Of a stretch of 55,734 bases of DNA, positions 48,947 through 55,734 are shown one piece after another. The notes below the pieces were generated by a model. It saw nothing but the letters and a program-made list of their open reading frames with translations, was not told the DNA's origin and did not search any database. The position numbers were made by a program, and so were the translations under genes. Positions within the stretch are counted from its first letter, which is position 1; every line of letters starts with the position of its first letter. Location of the stretch: contig JBGUER010000002.1 of the NCBI GenBank assembly GCA_041821285.1, positions 1 to 55,734 on the forward strand, in the 5' to 3' direction. The stretch is from Clostridiaceae bacterium. GTDB taxonomy: Bacteria > Bacillota > Clostridia > Clostridiales > Clostridiaceae.

Positions 48947-50413
48947 TTATTTTATATATGCTAAAGAAATATTAAGTTTTTTAGCTATTCTTTCTCCAAA
49001 TTCTTTTGAAGCCTTATATAAATTTTTTATAGCTTTTATTTGAATTTCTTTTTTTACTGACCATAAATCACAAACTATATTATCAACTAAATGATCTTGA
49101 TCTACTTTTGAAAGATTATTATATCTATCACCTGCTTGAGAAAAATTATCAGTTTTATTTATTTTTTTTCTTGTTATTTCTCCTTCTACATATACTGGAC
49201 AAGAAGGTGACTTAGGAGCTTCTTTTGGAAGACCATTGTTTAATGAATTAGGTTCATAGTTTACTGTACCTTGATTTGAATAAAAATCCATAGTTCCAGC
49301 TTGATTATTATTTGTTACTTTAACTAATGGTTTGTTTATTGGAAGTTCAGAAAAATTAGTGCCTAATCGATACCTTTGAGTATCGGAGTATGAGAAAACT
49401 CTTCCTTGAAGTAATTTGTCGTTTGATAATTCAATTCCAGGAATTAAAATAGATGGACAGAACGCTACTTGTTCAACTTCTGCAAAGAAATTTTTTGGAG
49501 CTTTATTTAGAGTTAATTTACCAACCTTTTTTAAAGGAAAGACTTCCTCATCCCAAGTTTTGGTAGCATCTAAAGGATCAAAACTATAATTTAATTGATC
49601 TTCTATATTCATAAATTGAACATATAGTTCAAATTCTACAACCTTTCCCTTAGATAGAGTGTCATATAAATCTCTTGTTGCAATATCAGGGTCCACACCA
49701 GCTAAGATTTCTGCTTCTTGTCTTGTAAGTGATTTAACACCTAATACTGGTTTCCAGTGATATTTTACAAAAATCCTTTTTCCTTTTTCATTTACCCACA
49801 CGTAAGTGTTCACACCAAAACCTTCCATTGTTCTAAAACTTTTAATGGTTCCTCTATCGGAAAATAGCCAAGTAACCATATGAGTTGATTCAGGAGTGTT
49901 GCTTAAAAAATCCCATATTCTCTCTGAACTTTGTATGTTTTTATCAGGTGAAGGTTTAAAAGCATGTATTAAATCAGGAAATTTCATTGCATCCCTTATA
50001 AAAAAAACAGGTATATTATTACCAACTAAATCATAATTCCCATCTTCTGTGTAAAATTTTACAGCAAAACCTCTAGGGTCTCTTGCAGTATCTGCAGAAC
50101 CTTTTGAACCAATAACTGTTGAAAATCTTACGAAAACAGGACATTTTTTTTTGGCCTCTGAAAGAAATTTTGCTTTGGTATATTTTTTCATAGACTCATA
50201 AACTTCAAAATATCCATGAGCACCAGCACCTTTTGCATGAACTACTCTTTCAGGTATTCTTTCCCTGTCAAAATGGGCAAGTTTTTCTAGTAAATTTACA
50301 TCTTGCATTAGAACAGGGCCTCTTTCTCCTACAGTTAATGAATTTTGATTATCACTAATGGGAGTACCTTGGTTAGTAGTTAGATAATCGGAATTTTCGC
50401 AATCTCTTTTCAT
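48947..50413 (-). CDS. katA: Monofunctional haem catalase
   Basis: LTTNQGTPISDNQNSLTVGERGPVLMQDVNLLEKLAHFDRERIPERVVHAKGAGAHGYFEV is a textbook catalase N-terminus. The true start is the ATG at 50413 (MKRDCEN) after ggagg. The track start at 50437 is a TTG. Confidence 0.9.
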   Translation of the reverse strand: MKRDCENSDYLTTNQGTPISDNQNSLTVGERGPVLMQDVNLLEKLAHFDRERIPERVVHAKGAGAHGYFEVYESMKKYTKAKFLSEAKKKCPVFVRFSTVIGSKGSADTARDPRGFAVKFYTEDGNYDLVGNNIPVFFIRDAMKFPDLIHAFKPSPDKNIQSSERIWDFLSNTPESTHMVTWLFSDRGTIKSFRTMEGFGVNTYVWVNEKGKRIFVKYHWKPVLGVKSLTRQEAEILAGVDPDIATRDLYDTLSKGKVVEFELYVQFMNIEDQLNYSFDPLDATKTWDEEVFPLKKVGKLTLNKAPKNFFAEVEQVAFCPSILIPGIELSNDKLLQGRVFSYSDTQRYRLGTNFSELPINKPLVKVTNNNQAGTMDFYSNQGTVNYEPNSLNNGLPKEAPKSPSCPVYVEGEITRKKINKTDNFSQAGDRYNNLSKVDQDHLVDNIVCDLWSVKKEIQIKAIKNLYKASKEFGERIAKKLNISLAYIK

Positions 50414-50479
50414 ATAATCCTCCATATATCTCTTCAAATATTATTATATTATGAGAGTATAGTAAATGTTACATGGAAA

Positions 50480-50510
50480 GATAAAAAAATAAGGGGGTAT
50501 ACCCCCTTAT
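50480..50510 (-). terminator. Rho-independent terminator (perfect GC-rich palindrome ataagggggta/tacccccttat) overlapping the stop codon of the upstream minus-strand gene
   Basis: 22-bp palindrome at 50489-50510 followed on the minus strand by a T7 run. Confidence 0.75.
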
Positions 50511-51967
50511 TCTCGGCCTTTAACTGCAAGCTCTACAGCTTTATAAGCTCCGTTATATATTCCTATTTTATTTGCGTCTATTATTTTGTTTACCATCATA
50601 GTAAGAATTTTATCACTACTTAGCATTAAATCTAGCATCTGTAGTGATCTTTCTGTTGTTTCACACTCTACAGTTCCATCCCCAACTTCAGCAGCTCTTA
50701 CAGCTCCCCAAGCCTCATGTCCACCAACTCTTTTAATTAAAAGCTTAGGAACAGGATAAAAGGATAGTTCACTAGGTTTTGTTATTAAAATGTCAGAAGA
50801 TCTCATAAGAAGATTAGTAGAATAAACAGCTTCAAATATATCTTTATTGCAGAATGCATGAATTCCAGATATATCATTAGTTAAAGCTTTGTTTGCAAAA
50901 TCACAAGTTTTATTCCAATCATCGAAATATTTTTCTGACTTAGAGGATAAAGATGGAATATGCTCACATAGTTTATCCCATACAGCTGTATGATCTCCAA
51001 CGTTAATGTATAAAACAGCTTTATTATCTTCCACAAGTGGCATTATTTTCTTTATTAGTTCAACAAATATTTCTTCTTGAGCGCCAGCACCGCCTACGGT
51101 TAATAAGATTCTCTTAGCTTTTTTAGAATTTATTCTTTCTAATCTTTTTTCGCAGTCTTGGTCTAAATTTGATACTAGTTCGTGGTCTATATAATGTCCA
51201 ACTTCGTATATATCTTCGTCAGGTATGGGATTTAATATTTTTTTACCATCCATTCCTTTTAAAGTTTTGTATCCAAAATATGATGAAGGAGTTTGAACAG
51301 TATGAATAGCACCTTCTGAAAGATGAAGAGCCATAGGCCAGTTGTCGGGAATTGCGTTAACTACATGAGTAAGTCCTGCGTGAACTGCAGCCTGGGAAGG
51401 CCATACATGTGTTGCTACAAAAGGCATATCTTTTGGAAGTTCTCTGTATATAGGAGTCATAATTTCAGCGGCCTTTTGGTCCATAGAATTATAGGATAAT
51501 TTTTTAAATCCTTCTGAATTTAATGGTTCCCAATAAAATTTATTAAATAAAGGATATTTTTGAGACCATCTAGACCCCATAGAATACAATGAATTTAAAT
51601 GAGATATTACTTTTCCACCAGTAGTTTCAGTGAAAGAAGGTAAATCAAACCAATAAGGTGTGTACCCCATAGAATATGCAGCAGATGCTATTGCCATAGA
51701 AATTCTGTAATGGCCAAATCCCATTCGGATGTTACCTATGATAACCCCTTTTTCAGAATCTATAGTTTCACTTGAACCATTATTTCCTTCAACGATGTTT
51801 TTAACACCTATAAATGGTCCTATAGTATTATTTTTTTCTACACTTAAACTATATTCTTTTTTAGAGTCATCCCCAAATTTTTTAATGTGTTTGTTTTTTG
51901 ATTTTATAGCTTTTTTATAAACTTTATTTGGAATCTCATTTCCAAATATTATTTTAGATTTTTCCAT
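50507..51967 (-). CDS. GT-B fold glycosyltransferase-like protein (MGDG-synthase/UgtP, GT28-like) with a 75-aa N-terminal extension
   Basis: 486 aa. It has a G-x-G-H motif (GNIRMGFGHYRISMAIASAA) resembling UgtP GNGH, a second Rossmann motif ILLTVGGAGAQEE, and a C-terminal ITKPSELSFYPVP...GGHEAW resembling the UgtP/MurG donor-binding region. The assignment is by motif pattern only. Confidence 0.4.
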   Translation of the reverse strand: MEKSKIIFGNEIPNKVYKKAIKSKNKHIKKFGDDSKKEYSLSVEKNNTIGPFIGVKNIVEGNNGSSETIDSEKGVIIGNIRMGFGHYRISMAIASAAYSMGYTPYWFDLPSFTETTGGKVISHLNSLYSMGSRWSQKYPLFNKFYWEPLNSEGFKKLSYNSMDQKAAEIMTPIYRELPKDMPFVATHVWPSQAAVHAGLTHVVNAIPDNWPMALHLSEGAIHTVQTPSSYFGYKTLKGMDGKKILNPIPDEDIYEVGHYIDHELVSNLDQDCEKRLERINSKKAKRILLTVGGAGAQEEIFVELIKKIMPLVEDNKAVLYINVGDHTAVWDKLCEHIPSLSSKSEKYFDDWNKTCDFANKALTNDISGIHAFCNKDIFEAVYSTNLLMRSSDILITKPSELSFYPVPKLLIKRVGGHEAWGAVRAAEVGDGTVECETTERSLQMLDLMLSSDKILTMMVNKIIDANKIGIYNGAYKAVELAVKGRE

Positions 51968-51982
51968 ATTTATCCCTCCAAA

Positions 51983-53782
51983 TTATAAAATTTGCTCAAA
52001 TGCTAAACTGTTGAATGGTTGGATTTCAAAATTATTATCAGAGTATATAGAGCTATCTTCTGTATTGAAATCAATTTTTTTAAGGTGTCTTAAATTATTT
52101 TTATATATTATTTTAGATTTAGATAAATTTGCTAGAACTAAGAATTTTTTAGAATCTATAGTATATATTATTTCAACAAGGCCATTTCTATAATATTCTA
52201 CAGTTTCAATTTCTATATTTTTAATATCCATAACATAGTCAAATAATTTATTTTTCTCTTGGTCATACATTTTAATATTATCTGATGTGAATATTAAGCT
52301 ACCAAAAATATGATTTATTAATAGCAAAGTATTTTTTTGGTCTTTTGAAAGAGTTATATTATCATCTCTTAACAAAAACACATCAGGGTCATTTAAAAAA
52401 GCTCTTCCGTTTAAATGTCTTCGTCCAATGGCATTTCCCATGGCGTTTAAAGTAGAAATTCTTTCTCTGTGAAGAAGTCTCATGTATGGTTTATCATCCC
52501 AGTCAAGACCAACATCACAGCCAATTCTGCAATAATCTACAATGCCAAAGGAAGGTCCTAGTGGAACTCCGCAACCTAATATAAGCTTATCTTGAATACA
52601 ATCCCTTAAAAATTCCATAGATTCACACATTATTTGACCTCTTGTTTTATCTTTTCTTGGGATAAGACAAACAGCGTATAAGAAATCTAGTTTGACTAGG
52701 TCATAACCCCAGTCATTTAATATAATATGGAATACATTTTTAATATAAGTTCTAACATCTTCATTGTATATATCTAATGCGTAAAATCCACTCCAGTTAC
52801 TTCCGGCCATAACAAGCTCATTATTTTCATCTTTTAAAATCCAATCCTTATGGTTTTTAAAAATATCGGATGTTTTTTCACACACAAAAGGGGCAAGCCA
52901 AATACCAGCTTTATATCCCTTTTTAGAGATATTATCTTTTATATATTTCATGCCTTCTGGAAATTTAACTTTATCAATGGAAAGCCAATCTCCAACAGCT
53001 GTTTGGTAACCATCATCTATTTGGAATATATCAATATTTTTATTTAGCTCACTAAAATTATTTAAATTTTCAAGTATTATATCTTGACTTATATTCTGAT
53101 AGTAATTATACCAACTTGTCCAACCGGTCATAGGCTTAGTTGTTGGCTTTTTTATATTCATTAAATCAAAATACAAATCGAAAACATCTTTTTCGGAGCC
53201 TGATACATATAAAAGGTCAAAAGCCATATATTCTTTTTCTATTTCAAGTGATCTACAATCTTTGCTTATTATAATAGAATTATCTTTTGTGAACTCTTCT
53301 ATTATTGTATAGCCTTGTCTTTCAGATAAAGAACCAATAAGTTTAAATTCTCCACCATCTCTTATATATGAATAAGTGAAACCGTGAAATTCTCCAGATT
53401 TCTTTGAAAAATTTTTAAATGTATAATCGCCATATTTTTCAAATTGATATTTATTTGTTATAGGCTTGGCAAGTGGGGATATAGTTTTCATTTTTTCAGT
53501 TAAGAAAAATTCGCGACTATCAGTCCAGGATTGATAACCATTTGCATAAATTCTTTCATTAGCTTTGAACTTATAATTTAGAGAAATAGAAATATCTTCT
53601 AGTTCTATTTTAGAAGAAGGAGTTATTAGAATTTTTAATCTTGTATACCTATGATTTTCCTCTAAAATAATATTTCCTTTTAAATCATTATTAGATATAT
53701 CTTTATTAAATATTAAATTTTCCTTTTGATTATTAGATTTATAAGTTAAATTTATTTTTAAATTTCCAAACAAATGAATCAC
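51983..53782 (-). CDS. GH36-like alpha-galactosidase (clan GH-D, short form)
   Basis: 599 aa. It has TGWTSWYNYY, FQIDDGYQ, KAGIWLAPF, VKLDF and NDPD motifs typical of GH27/GH36 (beta/alpha)8 catalytic domains. There is no signal peptide. Confidence 0.6.
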   Translation of the reverse strand: MIHLFGNLKINLTYKSNNQKENLIFNKDISNNDLKGNIILEENHRYTRLKILITPSSKIELEDISISLNYKFKANERIYANGYQSWTDSREFFLTEKMKTISPLAKPITNKYQFEKYGDYTFKNFSKKSGEFHGFTYSYIRDGGEFKLIGSLSERQGYTIIEEFTKDNSIIISKDCRSLEIEKEYMAFDLLYVSGSEKDVFDLYFDLMNIKKPTTKPMTGWTSWYNYYQNISQDIILENLNNFSELNKNIDIFQIDDGYQTAVGDWLSIDKVKFPEGMKYIKDNISKKGYKAGIWLAPFVCEKTSDIFKNHKDWILKDENNELVMAGSNWSGFYALDIYNEDVRTYIKNVFHIILNDWGYDLVKLDFLYAVCLIPRKDKTRGQIMCESMEFLRDCIQDKLILGCGVPLGPSFGIVDYCRIGCDVGLDWDDKPYMRLLHRERISTLNAMGNAIGRRHLNGRAFLNDPDVFLLRDDNITLSKDQKNTLLLINHIFGSLIFTSDNIKMYDQEKNKLFDYVMDIKNIEIETVEYYRNGLVEIIYTIDSKKFLVLANLSKSKIIYKNNLRHLKKIDFNTEDSSIYSDNNFEIQPFNSLAFEQIL

Positions 53783-53837
53783 CTCGCTTTAATAAAGAAA
53801 TTGCATAATATAATGTAATTATGCAATTTCTATTTTG

Positions 53838-55223
53838 TTATACAGTTTTATTATTTGTTTTAGTTACTTCAACATCATCGGATATTCCTTTAAGGATTTT
53901 ATCTTCATTGTAGAATAATAGAAGTATAAGACCTATGGAACAGAATATAGCAGCTGAAAGAGCTGTAAGTCTTATTCCTATTGCATTGCTGCCGTTTCTC
54001 TCTATAAGAAGTAGAGAACTTAAAACAAGCATGGAAATCATTTGACCCATCTTAGACATAAAGGTTCTAGTTCCGAAGAACATAGCTTCACGTCTAACTC
54101 CTGTTTTTCTAGCATCATATTCTGCTATATCTGATATTACTGCATTAGGAAGTATACCGAAGATAGCCATTGGAATTGCAGCGAAAAATACTAATATATA
54201 AGCTTGTGCCATACCTGATATTGGTAATTTTCCAAGGAAGATTCCAAAAGCATAAGTTATAACGAACATAATAAAAGCAAAAATAAGAAGTTTTTTCTTT
54301 CCAACTTTTTTAGCTACTAAATTAACAGGTACATAGAATATAAATGATCCTAAACCTAGAACTATTAATAAAAATCCGTTCATAGTTTCTGGTAAATCAA
54401 GCAAAATAGTTACATAATAGATTAAAGCACTTTGGAATATTGTTATAGCTACCCAATACACTAAATCAGAAAAAACAAATACAGTAAATTCTCTATTTTT
54501 AAAAGTAGCTTTTATAGAATCTAACATTTTTACATCAGATGGTGTTGATTCACAATATCTTTTTTCATCTATAGTAAATACAGGTATAAGAAGGAAAATA
54601 AGTCCTATAACAGCTAGTATGCTAAAAGCTATTTTCATTGAAACTTCTTTACTATAGCCTTGATTTACAAAAACATTCCATAAAAGTGGTGCTTGGGAAG
54701 CTATTGCAAATCCTAAAAACCATGTAACTGAAATTAAAGTTGAAAGATTTAATCTTTCTTTAGGAGTATGTCCAAGTTCTGACATTAAAGCAAAATATGG
54801 AGTTACATACATAGTTAAGAATAAATAAAATAGTAATAAAGTTAATGAAAGAAATAAAGCGTTTAGTGGACTTTCACCTTTTATAGGATTCATGAAAACT
54901 AAAACTGTAAATACTGCAAAAGGAATAGATGCTTTTTTCATATATGAAATTCTACGTCCACTTTTAGATGTGCACCTATCACTTAAAGTTGCAATCCAAG
55001 GATCGGTTACTGCATCGAAGAATCTTCCTATCATCATGATAAGACCTATTATTGTTAAGAAACCGAAAAATTTTATTTGTGGAATTACTACGCTAATACC
55101 AGATTTGCTTGTTGGTATATAGTAAAAAATTAAGTAAGAACCGATAATGCCTGATAGTAATGACCAACCTAATTGACCTAAGGAATAAGATATTTGTTTA
55201 GATAATGGTAATTTTTCTTTCAT
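53838..55223 (-). CDS. GPH-family (glycoside-pentoside-hexuronide) cation symporter, MelB-like
   Basis: 461 aa with 12 TM helices and the GPH signature DAVTDPWIATLSDRCTSKSGRR. RBS aaggggg is present. Confidence 0.75.
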   Translation of the reverse strand: MKEKLPLSKQISYSLGQLGWSLLSGIIGSYLIFYYIPTSKSGISVVIPQIKFFGFLTIIGLIMMIGRFFDAVTDPWIATLSDRCTSKSGRRISYMKKASIPFAVFTVLVFMNPIKGESPLNALFLSLTLLLFYLFLTMYVTPYFALMSELGHTPKERLNLSTLISVTWFLGFAIASQAPLLWNVFVNQGYSKEVSMKIAFSILAVIGLIFLLIPVFTIDEKRYCESTPSDVKMLDSIKATFKNREFTVFVFSDLVYWVAITIFQSALIYYVTILLDLPETMNGFLLIVLGLGSFIFYVPVNLVAKKVGKKKLLIFAFIMFVITYAFGIFLGKLPISGMAQAYILVFFAAIPMAIFGILPNAVISDIAEYDARKTGVRREAMFFGTRTFMSKMGQMISMLVLSSLLLIERNGSNAIGIRLTALSAAIFCSIGLILLLFYNEDKILKGISDDVEVTKTNNKTV

Positions 55224-55266
55224 TTAATTTCCCCCTTGATAATTTTATTATTTTAAATTAATTTAT

Positions 55267-55734
55267 TTATTTTATATAATTCATAGCCATGTCTATAAGA
55301 AGTTTTATTTGTTTATCTCCACTTATTTGTTTATCGCTTTTTAAAATGCTACCTCTTAAAATAAGTTTTTGACTTAGACTCATTAATGAATGAGTTATAG
55401 TTATGTAGAATAAGTCATTATTTAAATCTTTATTTATAGAACCATCTTTTTTACCTTCATTTAAGGCGCTACATATTATAGATTTTGTATCAATAATACT
55501 TTTTTCATAATTTTCTAGTTGTTCTTGAGATATATTCTCTTTGATTATGTAATTATCAAAATTCTCTAAAAAACTCATTGTTTCAGGATAATTAAGGTAT
55601 ATATCTATAAAAACATTTAAAACTGTATTTAATTTATCTTTGCCATTAAGATTTTTAAGAGTTTCTTCATAAAAATTACTATATAAAATATTTATTTCTT
55701 GCTCCCACAGATAAGTTGCAGCATCTAGTGCAAG
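55267..55734 (-). CDS. Hypothetical all-helical protein, possibly the C-terminal ligand domain of a TetR-family regulator. The 5' end lies outside the window
   Basis: The minus-strand reading frame is open from the window edge with no stop from 55734 to 55267. The track's 103-aa call is an internal Met. It is the first gene of the transporter/GH36/GT operon. Confidence 0.25.
   Translation of the reverse strand, partial: LALDAATYLWEQEINILYSNFYEETLKNLNGKDKLNTVLNVFIDIYLNYPETMSFLENFDNYIIKENISQEQLENYEKSIIDTKSIICSALNEGKKDGSINKDLNNDLFYITITHSLMSLSQKLILRGSILKSDKQISGDKQIKLLIDMAMNYIK

Noticed and set aside
1-55734. CRISPR arrays, rRNA/tRNA genes, IS elements or prophage genes
   Set aside because: No regularly spaced direct repeats with unique spacers, no tRNA-like cloverleaf candidates or rRNA-like conserved stretches, and no transposase or integrase-like ORFs were seen anywhere in the window.

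Overview
The window is AT-rich (about 28-30% GC), consistent with a Clostridium-like Firmicute, and is densely coded on both strands. It contains no CRISPR array, rRNA or tRNA genes, and no obvious IS element or phage genes.

From 5' to 3' the contents are:
- 1-5 kb: a type IV pilus assembly cluster. It has the PilB/GspE ATPase 3' end, PilC, two canonical G|FTxxE prepilins, a non-canonical pilin-like ORF, a fused PilM-PilN, and PilO.
- 5-11.5 kb: hcp (hybrid-cluster protein) and an MFS transporter, convergent with the pilus cluster. An unusual repeat and hairpin structure carries a duplicated copy of the last MFS codons. An 800-bp degenerate stretch holds a start-less gene remnant and tandem repeats. 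A MATE efflux pump starts at TTG. A C39_2-type peptidase is also present.
- 11.5-16 kb: an NfeD-flotillin pair and topoisomerase III.
- 16-36.5 kb: a cytoplasmic beta-mannoside or N-glycan-type catabolic island. It contains a cellobiose/mannobiose 2-epimerase, two GH130 phosphorylases, a signal-peptide-less Cys-type sulfatase, LacI and AraC regulators, two CUT1 ABC importers, a GH2 with a discoidin domain, and a 1,093-aa DUF5107+TPR protein of unknown function. A 14-15 bp motif, ttaaccgataactta in two copies and ttaccgataaacta in the third, sits at +5 of two consensus sigma-A promoters in this island.
- 36.5-48 kb: housekeeping genes. These are pgeF, an unannotated 51-aa zinc-ribbon ORF, putP, an ABC-F ATPase, a YiiX-like protein, a YaaR-like protein, csp and nudC. 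A textbook TPP riboswitch with an attenuator drives thiW-thiD-cytX-thiM-thiE, a salvage-type thiamine operon.
- 48-55.7 kb (minus strand): PrsW-family protease, catalase, then an operon of a TetR-like regulator (5' end outside the window), a GPH-family glycoside symporter, a GH36-like alpha-galactosidase, and a GT-B (MGDG-synthase/UgtP-like) protein with a 75-aa N-terminal extension.

The candidates most likely to be undescribed are the DUF5107-TPR protein inside the glycan island with its associated operator motif, and the GT-B protein in a catabolic-looking operon, which may be a phosphorylase.
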